DNA of 56,131 nucleotides, counting the filler, from Catajapyx aquilonaris (Eukaryota): the NCBI GenBank assembly GCA_000934665.2. It is 3 parts of 3 records of this genome, joined end to end, with 100 filler letters (N's around TTAATTAATTAA, not from the genome) between each part and the next. Parts side by side here need not be neighbours in the genome. Positions count along the whole stretch, not along the records: positions 18,711 to 37,304 come from JYFJ02006655.1; positions 37,405 to 56,131 come from JYFJ02006656.1; 1 more part is not named here. One strand, given 5' to 3'. The first letter of the stretch is position 1. Each line of letters opens with the position of its first letter. The position numbers and the translations under genes were made by a program. The notes beneath the pieces are model-generated. The model worked only from the letters and a program-made list of their open reading frames with translations, was not told the origin of the DNA and ran no database searches. Below are positions 33,906 to 46,410 of this stretch, piece after piece.

Positions 33906-36470
33906 AGTCACGTCAAACAGCCCATGGGGATTACTTGGGCCTTCGTGTAACTCAATGCGTATACTCAATGAACTTGGATGTAACTGCAATTAATAGAGGG
34001 TTAGTTCTGGTGTATGACTAGAGCTATGGTCAAATTAAAATGTAATAAGCATGGTAGGCTTCTCCACACTCAAAGAAATATTTGGAGACAAAATCAATCA
34101 AGGGTCTCATGCTATTAAATTATGCTATCAAATTATTTTCAATTGATGTAAGGCTCAAAATCTGCTTTTTAAAGCTTAAAATGGCCACCTACAGAGTTAG
34201 GAGCTTTAAAAATCTTCATTTCATTTTTACGATCGTAATGGCAAAAGATGTGCACAAGTATTTTGAATCATCCTGTATATGCATTAATGCAAGGGTCTGC
34301 AATATTTAAGAATGCCGCAAAAATATTACCCTGTGAGAATGGTCTTACTGTTTTTTAAAAAAAATGTCTGAAATGTTTCACACGTTATCAGCTATTCACC
34401 TTTTAATGGCTACAACCTTCGTCTTTATGTTGCGATTAGTGCCCGAGTTATGAATCATTATTGAGGACAGAAGTGTTCCCTTGTAGGGAAATGCTGTGGA
34501 ATCATTCCATGTCGAATCAGTAGACTTTGGTGCACTTCTTGGGTCAACGACGGACATTGGAAAAGATTTCTTTTCATCCCAGCTATTAGTACGAACCCAT
34601 TGTCATACACAGTACATTCTAATGAATATGTCCGTATTGTATACAGCATATCATTTAAATCACTAATTTTGAGGGGACTTTTTGGTGGTTATTTAAAATA
34701 TTCACTGGTAATAATAGGCTTACACCGCTTGCTACTAATAAAAGAATATACGGTACAGTATATATCTGCAGGGAATAAAATTTAATTATATAATTTTCTG
34801 GGTGAAAGTACGGACAGTTCTGCAGTTAGGAAACACCATATCCTCTCGTTTGTGTCTATACGACTGAAATAAGTGGAGAGGAGACAATGATAGTGTATAT
34901 GAATTAGGTATTTATTACAATCAGCAATGTATTCAACGTTTAGTGTTCCTTGTCCTGTTGCTGCAAATGTTACATTGTCTGCAAGGTCTGATTTTTTTCT
35001 CTTGTAGAACGTAAAAATATCTGACTCGTTGTTGCCAAATTTTGTAAGTTTCACCACGAATGGTGTCTGTCTCACATTATAGTGCCGATTAGGTAGGTGT
35101 TAAGCGTGCTTGAGTATTTTTTGGTGCTGAACCAGCAGTGTATTGTGAGCTACAGGTGCTGGGGGTTAAATCTTCAGAAGAAGCGAGGCACTAAATTGTT
35201 GCTGTAAAAAAAAAAAAAAACATGTCAGTATGTCCACATTGGATAAAGATTTATTTTAATGGGACTCTGAGAGCATACCTTAGCAGCGTGGGGTGTTCAT
35301 ATAATTACATTGCAAATAAAGAATTCGACAATAGCAATCAAACCATTGTCCTGAATAATTGCAGCATTGACGTGTATATTTCCAGCAAAAAAAGAAGAAG
35401 ACAAGATCTGTAAAAAGGGTAAGGTATATAAATTTTATATCATGCGTCTCAAAATATCGGCTTTATGGGGGGGGGATACATTACTTCCACTGCATGGGTC
35501 CCGCATAAATGTTGCGTCAGCCACCAAAACCAAATAGGTCATCAACAAAAGACGTAAATAAATAGTTGAGATTTTGGCTGTCATACTCAAACGGTATAGA
35601 GTGACTCTTCCTGTAATCTACACTCCAATAAGTACGATTTGATCAGAAATCCAGAAGGAAAATTATACTACAAGAGGTTCGAAAGCAAATACTTACAGTG
35701 TAGCTGATGTCCTATTTTCGACTGATACACTCACTGCACACATGCAGTAGAAAAGAAAGGGTTTTGATAAGACGGTATGGAAGGCCATTAATAGCAATCG
35801 TATCAAATACATAACCACTCAAATGGTCAATCGACACTTTTTGTCGTGTCATGCGTGATTACTTAGAGCCTTTGCATAAACATTTTTTTGAACAATGCTG
35901 ATATAAACTTCACATGTTCTTGCTCCATCCTGACAAGCATCATGGTGAAGGCAAACCATACCAACACAACGTGAATAACAATCACTGGCTGGGAGGCCTG
36001 CAGAGTCTGCCTGTTGCTGTTGGAGCTCTCACTTGCATGTATTGCGCTGGGCAGATGAAGCTGTGCACTCAATAAGGTTAGTACCAAGCATCTATCATGC
36101 ATAGTTATTTTTATTGTGATGGTTCAGTCAAATCAGTAGGCTGCATCGCCTTCTTACTTCTGGCCTTCGACAACTTCAAATGAAATCACTGGTTGCTTCA
36201 GAGGAAAACCCAGACAAGAGCTGCCCCACTTCTGTGGGCTTCGACTATTTCATCAGATGCCTCAGCCTGATGGTCCATCACCTACTCTAGAAGGCAATCC
36301 ATCAGTGGCGTCGCTAGGCAGGTGCGGGGGCTGCGGACCGCACCGGGTGCCACCCTCAAAGGGGGTGACACCCAAGTGATGTGTGAAATTTTTTGGAACC
36401 CTTGAGAGAATGTATGCTTTCTTTGCGGCATCCACACATCGATGGAAACTACGGAAATAATTTAAAGGTG

Positions 36471-37120
36471 TACGAGGTGTGATCAAAAAGTTCCCGGACT
36501 GTCGATATACCGTGAAACCCAGTGGAGGTACGAACTTGTGACGTTAGGGGGCGCTAGGTACATCTTTCATCTATTAGCCTGAAAAATTTCGTCTTCATAG
36601 GTGCACATGTTTCCGAGTTTCGGCAGTTTTCTTGACACCGTGTTCTTGTGCTTCTGCGATTTTTCGAAATCGCTTATGTTAGGGAGCAAAAGATTTGTAA
36701 ATTTTGCTTCCAGCTCAACAAAACTTCGGATGGAACCAACCGAATGCTGAACAAGGCTTTAGATGAGCAAGTTGTAAGACAAGCTATAACATAATTATAT
36801 GAGTGGGTTAACAGCTTCGAAGGTGGCGCGTCAAGTTTGCAGCAAAATCAACTCAATGCTGATCATTTTCTTTGACATTTTAGGAATTATGCATATTATG
36901 GAGTTTCTCCCTCCTGGTAAAACTGTCAACGGCAAGTATTAGGGCCTACTGGGATGGTTTGAGACGATTTAGGCTCAAATGGCCGGAGATGTGGAAGAAC
37001 ATATAGACTGGTTGCTGCACCATGACAATGCCGCCAGCACACACCTCACGCGTAGTCAGGGACTTCCTGATATAAAATAACATGACCACTGTTCCCTACC
37101 CTGCATATTCGTTTGTCCTG
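36471..37120 (+). mobile_element. Decayed mariner transposon (TIR plus fragmented transposase)
   Basis: TIR tacgaggtgtgatcaaaaagttccc; relic peptides KFCFQLNK..RMLNKA..YEW, MLIIFFD..EFLPPGKTVNGKY, WLLHHDNA and VPYPAYS (mariner HHDNA and YSPDL motifs) with frameshifts and stops. Confidence 0.85.
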
Positions 37121-37304
37121 GCCAAGGGGGTACTCACTTCGGTACTCCGGTGTACTATCACGGTCAAAAAGATTGTCGGACTGTTATGGAATCGTCCGCG
37201 ACTTTTTCTCCCGCCAATCAGTGTGCCAGGTGCAGGTGATTTGGGCGAGTGCCGTCGAGAGCTTTCCTCCCGCGACCTTATGACACGTGCTCGAATTTTC
37301 ATCG

Positions 37305-37404
37305 NNNNNNNNNNNNNNNNNNNNNNNNNNNNNNNNNNNNNNNNNNNNTTAATTAATTAANNNNNNNNNNNNNNNNNNNNNNNNNNNNNNNNNNNNNNNN
37401 NNNN
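37305..37404. other. Assembly gap (artificial linker)
   Basis: N44-TTAATTAATTAA-N44. Confidence 0.97.
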
Positions 37405-37945
37405 TTGATGCAACAGAGTGGTGGAATGTATGTTTACAGGCATGGGCTAGCTAGTTATGAACAAAAATCCAAAATCCCAGACCAAGGCTACTTCCCCATT
37501 GCTACATCCCTCTACAAATGGTGGTTTGTTTTCTGAAGTGTATGAACCACTGGCCTTGAGCAAGGCATGTGTTTACATTGTCTATACATGAAGGAATACT
37601 CAATGGGGAGACTTATCAACTGCCAAACTTATTGAGATTCCCACAACTTTCACACAGACACAATGGAGATCTGTGTGCTAGAGAATGCGGCAAAATATTT
37701 AGATGATTTTTTCCTCCACTAGAGTCATATGCAGTACACTGCCATCCTACCAAATAAACTTACATCTGCATGTTGTCACAGGGTCATATTTTCCACCAAG
37801 TTGTCTGGCCCAGGCAACCTTATTGCCATGTGCAAATGTTACTTTTTTCAGTAGGATAGTAGCCCTGAGCTCATTGTTGTACATAATAAAATTTCCTGAT
37901 ATCAAAATAAAATTTGACTCCCCCTTATACAGGGTGCTTAGTCGC

Positions 37946-38190
37946 TAATCTGACAAAAGGGCAAATTCAACATTTTTGCTAAAATAGGATTAAGGCCTCT
38001 GACAGCAACATCAACTGTTGGGTTTCATTCTGACAAAGCAGAGAACACAATCATGGGACAAGTGCCGTCAGAGTTGGAATGGAAAATCAAAATGCCATCC
38101 TATGTATGTATTTGTATAGTGGTTTGCAGGTTTCTTTTGGCTCTCTTGTAAAATTATGAAAATGTTGAATTCGCCTTTTTGTCAGATTAA
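37946..38190. mobile_element. MITE with ~30-bp TIR
   Basis: taatctgacaaaagggcaaattcaacatttt / aaaatgttgaattcgccttttttgtcagatta. Confidence 0.7.
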
Positions 38191-38232
38191 AGGCGGTTTC
38201 TTACTAGTGGAAGATCCCACCACTAGCGTAAT

Positions 38233-39141
38233 CCTTGGCTCTAGACAAGTTCAAAATATAGGGGTGAGAAATGTCACGGGACCGATCACTAATGAGGTAA
38301 ATGACCAGATGCATTTGCCTGCACCTAGACACAAGTGCCAACCCACATTCAGTCATTGAGGAAACCTTGCAAAAATTGCCATCTCTTGCACAGTAACCAT
38401 TGTCACACTCATATCCTGCTCCTTAGTCAGCAGCTGCAAATCCACATGCTGTTCTGTTAATGGCATACTGCGTGTGTATATTGATAACACAATTGAGATG
38501 GATCGATAAGCGTTAAGTAAAACTAGGGCATACCCGCATTACAAGGACATAACAAACGGTTACATGCAAGAAAATTATCTGAAATGTAGGATGTCGCTGC
38601 ATTTGGTGAGATTACTAATAAACATAAGAAATAAGTCGAGGACAATCTATGTGTGTAATTATGCCTTTAAATTCCAAGAAGATGACTGCTGTACACTCTG
38701 CAATGATAAGGAAGAGTTCACATTGTTCCATATGATGTTTAACTGTAGTTTTTATAATGAGGCAAGGATACATATACGAGAGTTCAGGAGAGTACCGATC
38801 GACAAAATTCACTTACAGTTTTTGGATATCCCCCCGCTAATGATGTTTTCTTTATACAAGTTTTTTTTATGGCAGTCCAAAAGCTGCAGTTGTGTAACAT
38901 TGTATTGTAGTGTGTAAAATATGGTAACATTTGGTGAAGGTGGGTGGTGTCTTTCTATGTACTCTGTACGATAGAAATAAAGAATCTATCTATCTATCAC
39001 ATGCTGTTCTGTCTGTGATGGCTGCAATGTGGGTGGGCACTTATGTTTAGGGACAGGCAAATTTGTCTGGTCATCTACCTCATGACTGATCGGTCCCTCA
39101 ACATTTCTCACCCCTACATTTTAGACTTGTTTTGGGCCAAG
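38233..39141. mobile_element. Degenerate foldback element (arms ~38233-38356 and ~39018-39141) interrupted by a LINE
   Basis: taggggtgagaaatgt..gggaccgatca..atgaggtaaatgaccaga pairs with tctggtcatctacctcat..tgatcggtccc..acatttctcaccccta. Confidence 0.75.
38458..38997 (+). mobile_element. 5'-truncated non-LTR retrotransposon (LINE 3' end)
   Basis: ORF 38564-38917 has the CCHC knuckle CTLCNDKEEFTLFHMMFNC; AATAAA plus (tcta)n tail; 15-bp TSD cacatgctgttctgt at 38443-38457 and 38998-39012. Confidence 0.85.
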
Positions 39142-39543
39142 TGCCAAGTGCTTACTATTTTGGAATGACCTGAAACATTCAAAAACAACAAATGAAAAGA
39201 AGTGGCCAAGTGGTATCAATGCCACAGAAAAACCAGGAAGTCAGCCCTGTTTTCCTACAGTTAGTGTTGTAAATATAAGAGATACATCCTGCACGTGGAT
39301 ATTTTCTTGTACAAGTGTGGGGAAAAAAAACTGCCTTGCACCCCCACAGACAGTGCCAAGCACCCAGGCAAGCAGGTGCAGGTGGGAGCATGCATGAATC
39401 ATCTCACACTAGTACATGCTTCTACTTGCACCCACATTGGTGCTACTTGCCAGAGTACAAGGCAGTTTTTCCAGTAGTTCACAAGCTTTACATTTAATAT
39501 TACAATAGTTTGAGATTGAGATGAAGAAGGTAAATTTTAAAAC

Positions 39544-42500
39544 CTTAGGGAAAGCGAGGATAACTCCAAGGACAAATATGGGCACGGTGCTCTGGGTCAG
39601 TCGGGTGCTCACTATCTGCTTATCATCACTGTGCTCGTCCTCAGGTGGCCAGAGTGTGTTCTTAAATGTTGTCCATAACTGCAACAAATCTCACTTGTGC
39701 CTCAACAAGATTCTCCTTGTCAAGCACTAACCTTTTTAGATGTCAAGTTGTCACCCAGCATCCAACACAAATGATTGTACAAGTCAATCCATGCCAAAAT
39801 GACATTCTGGTGGTTCATTGTCAACTTCACATGCAACTTTGTCAGATCTATAAAGAATTCATCACACAGCCAGTCCAATTCAGGCCATGATTGCCACTCG
39901 TCCTGAGCAAAGTGCTGGTTAAAAGCAGAGACCAATCTGTGTATGCTATCACCCCAATAAGTGGACAGATCTTGAAGAGGATTTTGAAGCTCTGGGAATG
40001 ATGGAACTGAAAGAATCATAAGAATAAGATTTGCTCAGCCTTTGCAATTTTATGACATACCTCCATTATGAGGCATTTGAGCCTCCCAATCAAAAGGTGC
40101 CTTCTGTCCAACAGCCAAAAATATGAATGAGGAAATATTCTTCAACACCGTCACGAGCACTGAAATCATCTGCTCTGTGACACTGATGCCCACTTTGACA
40201 GTCCCAGATGGCCCCCTTGTATTCATTTCCTGCAGCAATCGAGCAATGCATGTTAAATTCATCAAACTGGCAATCGAGAGAGCAATCTTTACCTTTATAA
40301 CACCATCAAGAAGACCCAAGATGCTTGCCACAAATGGGTCAAACAACCTATTAAGTTCCAATGCCCAAGCAGCAAGAACTGGCACCAGCAATTCAATTGC
40401 AGAAGTTCTCACACCCTGTGTTTGGTCTTGAATGGCAGCCAGTGCAAGTTCTAGGCATGTGCCAAACTTGTTCTCATCTCCCACATACACAGTGACAAGG
40501 GCTAAGCTCTTCACTGCGGCCTCCCGCACTTGTTCATCTTTGTCTTCCAAGAGCATTTGCTGGAGCATGCTCAACATCAGAGAGTTGCGAATTGCACTCT
40601 GAAATGTAACTGCAGTCATAAACAAAATACACTACAAAGATATGCATACCCACAGAGGTGAATGGAGCTAGTACACTGCAGGCCTCAGCCACTAGCAACC
40701 TTCGTTCAGTATATCGATGACTAATTTGCTCCCAACACTGAGGAAGCAGTTCAGACTCGACACAATGCAGACCTAAATGTTGTGCAATGCTTAGGAAACC
40801 TGAAAACAAGATTACACGTTGTACAAAAGTTGCTTTGTATACTGTTTATACTATACAGGGTGAAGGGAAACTCGCAGACAATCGCCAGGTAGACTGATAG
40901 TACTCATAAAACTAATATAGGGATGTGCAATTAGTTTTGGGCGCCGTAGCGTAGTTACCGCATATGGCGCCGTTAATAGAGGGCCGGACGGTAAAATATG
41001 AGGTAAAAATGATAAAGTGCACAGATGTCACACCCGGATTCTTACTCTGACAGGATTTGATCACTTATTGCACATGAATGATGTGTTACGGACCAAGGTT
41101 GGATTATTCGGAGGCCCTCGAGCTGACTTTTGTTTCTTTGAAGCTGGCGGAACGGGTGACGTCACAAAACTTTGACGGTGCCATACGTAGTAACTATGCA
41201 ACGGCGCCCAAAATTAATTGCACATCCCTATATTAGTTTTACGAGTACTATCAGTCTACCTGGAGATTGCCGCCCATTAAGAAATAATAACTGTATTAAA
41301 TTTCACTGCAGGGACTCTCTGTTTTGATCTTTCTGAAACTGATGTAATCACAAAAGGAAAAAAAATGGAAATCACACAAAATGCCCTGATCTCTCCACAG
41401 CCAACACAATGCTAAATTAACCTTAAGAGCAGGCAATATAAAATTTCCCTGGCATCATAAGAGGCAAAACATCATGAACCAGCACACCTGTAAGAATCAT
41501 CTGACGGTTGTCCTCATCTGGACGCTTGATCAAATTAAACAAAAGGTTGAGCAACACATCTCGAGTCTTCACATGTGGGTGAAGGTTAATGGTGCACACT
41601 ATCAGTGGAATTAGTTCCTATAAACAAGAGAAAACATTATTACAAAATGGATCGATGGCAGTGCTTCCCAAACTGTGGGTCGCGACCCCATTTGGGGTTG
41701 CGAAAATAATATTTGGGGTCACGAGGGAGGGTTACAAATTATTTTCCCGAAATGATGCTAAATTTTTTGAAAATTATGACCATAAGGTAAGTCATTTGAC
41801 TGTTTACCTGTCTTTTCATGTTGGCGGATCGAAATGTGCACATATAGGGGATCGCAAATTTGACAAGACGTTTCTTTGGGGTCGCCAACGAAAGAAATTG
41901 GGAAGCACTGATCTATGGTGTCACACTAGTTGAATATGCTAATTATGATCACTTTTCTGGGGAGACAAAAGGTATTGTGTGCAATACTTTTTTGCTTTGG
42001 GAGCAATATTCTAATACCTTCAATTGATTAAGCAGGATTTTAAAAATATCATTGACAGACAGTTAACACACTGCAGTGGCAATTTTAATTCAACCAGATA
42101 TAACTGGGTATTTTAAAAGGAATTTTGGTCACATATTGTGGCTTTTACTAAAATGAATGAATGAACGACAATCAGTGATATGTAACACTAATAGTTCCAC
42201 TGCCAGTCTTGTAAAATTTTATTTCATGTGAATGCAGGTTTTATTGCCAAAAATTAACAAAAGTCTCATGTATTTATTTTTTTACAATAATTCAAAATCT
42301 TTTCAATTCCTTTGCAAGAGAAATGCTGCACAAGAAAAGGTCACAGACCACTTTTGCTGCACTGCCAAAAGATTGCAAAAAGAGAAGATAATGCTGCCAC
42401 AAACCTCTCTCTTATTCAATATCACATTCGGCACAATGTGAGGTAAACATGCACCCAGCAACAGCACCACTTTGTCTGATGTCTCAGTGGAAGCAGCCAA

Positions 42501-45500
42501 ATCCACAGAGAGTTTGCTCTGTTTGTTTGGCCGATAATGAAGGCAGGAATCAATTACTTTCGCCTGATACGCTTCTGGCAGTTCCCTGAAAAACAGAATG
42601 TTAGTTTCCGTGACCGCTTTTTGAGGAAGACTTACCTCTTAGTGGATGCCCCAAGCAAAGTGGCCAGGTGGCTCAGGGATGGAGCACCTTCTTTGTTCTC
42701 AGTCCGCAGCTTTTCTAAGATGAGTTCAAGATCTTGACGAAATACATCATGAATTCCACCTTCAAGCTGAGTGTCACTTTTTGATACTATTGGAATGTCA
42801 GGCTCACTCTCTTCCATTGAGCTACCACCATGAAGGCCTAATGCACTGGTCGAATCAGATGAATCAATCGATTTCATTGCAAGGGGCCCAACAGGAACTG
42901 TGACTTCACCGGGTGTAGGTGAGGAAGGTGATTTCACATCTTCTTTCATGCTACACACCATCAGAGAATCAACACACTTATGATTCAAGAGAAGGTATTC
43001 ATAGAACATCAAGTGACTGGGTTTTGGGATGATGGAGGTCAGTTAGAGTTGAAGCAGCCAGGTGGTGGCATCTTTGGCAGAGTGGATGGGTGTTAAATTA
43101 TCCTGCACATTTAAAATGAATGTATAATTAACCACATCATAATTTTAATACATTTAAACATTTTGCTTTCTATTTGCAAAAGAAACCTCTTTAAATAAAC
43201 CATTCTTAACACACTCCTGCTAAAATCCTTGCTCAAAATTTTATTTTCAGGACACTGACGAAAGTCAGATTGCATTCACATGGTGGAGAAAAATTCCACC
43301 CACGGTCAGTATAATAACCCAGATCAGTTGCTAATTGTTGGCTTCAGTATATTTGGTCTGATCTCATATGATTTTGGATATCAGTTGTGTGTGTGAAAAA
43401 TTTTCAGAAAAACCTTTCTCTGAGGCATTGCTGAGCAGCACATGCAGGCTTAACCAGTCCTACATTTTTGCACTGAACATTTAAGTGTCACAATCAACAA
43501 TGAGAAGTTTTCAAATCCTAGTTATACCACAAGGCAAATCCATAATGGCTTACTGAAAGTCTCTGAAAGGCCTGTTACTTGTTGGGAAATTTAGGTCCCC
43601 ATTCTAACAAACACTCACATCCAGTATTCTTCACAGGAACTTGAACTCACTGACGATGGCTCACGAATTTAAGCATTTCTTGAGATTTTTAAAGGTAGTC
43701 CAAAAGAATGTCACGTTTGAATTTATATTCAAGCACAAATGTACTTTCTATATGCTTGGCTCCTTCAGAAGTATTGTAAATGGTGGAATCAATATTTCAG
43801 GGAATTTGTAATTCCAGATGTCTATGACTACACTGACATCAGCAGTAATAACACACCTCTCACAAACACTGAGTTGCCTTTTTAAGGCAGACAGCAAACA
43901 GCATCAAGAAAAATTTTGACAGCTGCCAGCAAAAACCCAGTGACTGATTTTTGGATAACAAAATTGGAAAAAAAATTTGTACCTTGCCTAAAGCAAATAA
44001 AAGTTCAGCTCAAAAATGACATATATACCAAAGTCTGCCAAATCTGCTAGCAAAGGAAATAAGCCAAAAAAGCACCAAGTCTGGGACAGATTTTATAACG
44101 TACTTTCCAAGAAGCAAGGGACATTCTTATATGCCACTTTACACGTAGAAGATGAAGCTCACCTCTCATTCATGAAGACCTGCTTCTCAATTGTCACTGC
44201 AGATAATTCTTCTCTAAGCTTGTCAAGTTCAAGCTGCAAGCCCTTTGCTCGCAACTCTAGCTCATTCCATGCATCATCAGTCTGGCATCCGCAATTTCGA
44301 GAGTCCACTTGTGGGAACACATGGTGCTGCCAGTTTCGGAATTGGTGCACAACATCTGGCGGCTTAGAAATGTTCAGTCCCACATCATCCCAGTCCTCAA
44401 AGTCTTGATCTTCATTTTCATCAGCAAATGTGATTGATGTAAGCTTGTATCCGTGCTTGAGGAGGTACTCATTTACTAGGAAATTGATGGCACGTTGCTC
44501 ATGTGGCTTAGTTGGGTCATCATATTGTGTACGTTCTAAATTACTGTTGGGTGTATTTGCCTCAGTTTCTGCAACAAATTAATTGTTATTGGATGCCTGC
44601 CATGTTACATACATTTTAAACTAACCTGCTGCTTGTGTCAGGTGCGCCCGAAGTGAGCTGATTGTCTCTCTTGCCTTCCTCAGCTCAAATTCTAGGATGG
44701 CAACCCGGTCATCAGCTGCTCTTTCACCATCCTCGGAGTACCTAGCAAAATCCAGTGAATCAAGAGTACCTTGACTAGATGAACGTCCTGAAATAAAATT
44801 ATATCACATTAGAGGTTAGACCCAGCAACTTTTCTTGACATTTTTAAATGCCTTCTAGTGATCTGATTATGCAACACATGACTCTCACGTTACCCATGTA
44901 AGATAATATGCATGCTTTTGAAGTCAACTGTGACTCTAGTAACAATGTAATACCAAGACATTAACATTAAAGAGTAATGAATTACTAATGTCATGTCAAG
45001 TAAAATAACATTAGGATACTGAGACTGTTGCACACAAATGTACAGTACTGAATACAACTAAAGCACATGTTTATGAAATAATTTGGAGGGAAAATGGACA
45101 AAGTTTTTTTAGAGCAGTTGCACAAGCTAATACAGACTATTACTTGCACAGTAACGCAATTTTTTATTTTAATCATTAATATATTTGTCTGTAGAATCTA
45201 CTAACAATTCATGTTGCCCTGAATATCTTGAATCATCATCATAATTTACTTAACCAGAAAAAATATTAGCTCCAGGCTAAATTCACATGGCATGTGTGGT
45301 ACACATCTTCAACACTGCAAAACCCAATATTACATTGGCACCATACTGACCTAGGGTTGGCGAGATTTCAGGTGGCTTGGCAGCAACATGCTTCTCAAAA
45401 TTACCAGGGTTGGAAAAATACTCCTTAAGCCGAGGAAGCTCTTTTCCCGACTCCACCAGCTCCGTATGAAGCTCAAGAGCCGTAAGCAAAAAATTGTCTG

Positions 45501-45639
45501 CTATTAACTTGGACGCAATATCATCATAACTTAACTCGGCCTGGCTCTTTCCCGGACCGCATGCGGGCATCGGAAAAGATGCCGTTTGCAGGCTCTCTGG
45601 ACGAATGGCCTTGTGCGGAGTTTCCAGGCCGAGATCCAT
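39544..45639 (-). CDS. RELCH: RELCH/KIAA1468 (RAB11-binding LisH, coiled-coil, HEAT protein), 3'-incomplete; exons 45639-45351, 44787-44626, 44568-44163, 42950-42636, 42585-42405, 41617-41488, 40799-40654, 40598-40293, 40229-40061, 40006-39732, 39678-39544
   Basis: FLLTALELHTELVESGKELPRLKEYFSNPGNFE, TLDSLDFARYSEDG..LEFELRKA, NFLVNEYLL..YKLTSITFADENEDQDFEDWDDVGLNI, LPHIVPNV.L.KREELIPL, ELLPQCWEQI.H.Y.ERRLLVAE and LSMLQQML.EDK all match RELCH; GT-AG phases are consistent. Confidence 0.92.
40854..41275. mobile_element. Foldback MITE (Tc1/mariner-like tacagggtg start) in a RELCH intron
   Basis: ccaggtagactgatagtactc.taaaactaatatagggatgtgcaatta.ttttgggcgccgt pairs with acggcgcccaaaa.taattgcacatccctatattagtttta.gagtactatcagtctacctgg. 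Confidence 0.85.
41659..41910. mobile_element. hAT (Charlie/MER5-like) MITE
   Basis: TIR cagtgcttcccaa / ttgggaagcactg; 8-bp TSD atcgatgg / atctatgg; ggggtcg subterminal motifs. Confidence 0.85.
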
Positions 45640-46410
45640 GAGGACGAACTCAAGGGGGCGGAAATCGGGGACTCAAATGGTTCATCATCGATAGTCGTCC
45701 AGCATCAGCTGACGAGCGCCATTTTTTACACTTTCCACTGCTGCCATTGAACTATTTCGAAAGTGAAAGTTGTAAAATATCTAAACAGATTTTACAATTA
45801 TAAGTAGATAACAAAAATTAATGGTTATATAACTTATGGCAGGCATTTTATGTAGCATTAAAGTCAAATTAAAAATCTTAATAATATCGGTTCATTATGA
45901 TAATCCGAATGCGCCCGTTTATGAACTTAAACTCAAAAAGGCAGTGATTCAAAAATACTGGAGCGAGCTTATTTATTTTTATAATATTAAACAGTTAATT
46001 AGCACTATAAATGTTATTAACTAATTGGTTTTTAAAATGCGCGATCACGACCTAACAAAGCAGTTATTGTTACTAAGCAGCCTATTACTCGAACAGCTCT
46101 CTGCAATGGCGTGTGGGCGACTATTTTCAGCCCAACACCGCTTTTAATTTAAATCTAAATACAATAAATCATATTCAGCATGACTGCACAGCCATTATTG
46201 TGGAGGAGTGTGTATACACCACGTACACACTAAAAAAGTTGCAAATATTCTTAAGGGGTGAGAGACAAAACTAAGTATCAGTTAGGATCAAAGTCTTCCA
46301 TGCTAGTGGCCACTTTTGTTTGTGGAAGGTGCAGCTTGTAAGATAAAAGAAAAGATGATAACATCAGGTGAAATGTCGTTAGTGTTGGGCGTGAACGGCC
46401 ACAGATCACG

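Noticed and set aside
35863..36102. 79-aa hydrophobic ORF as a RELCH continuation
   Set aside because: No resemblance to RELCH HEAT repeats and no clear splice support.
43020..43102. Possible extra RELCH exon (acceptor at 43103)
   Set aside because: Stops in all frames tested; exons ending 44163 and starting 42950 already join in phase 2.
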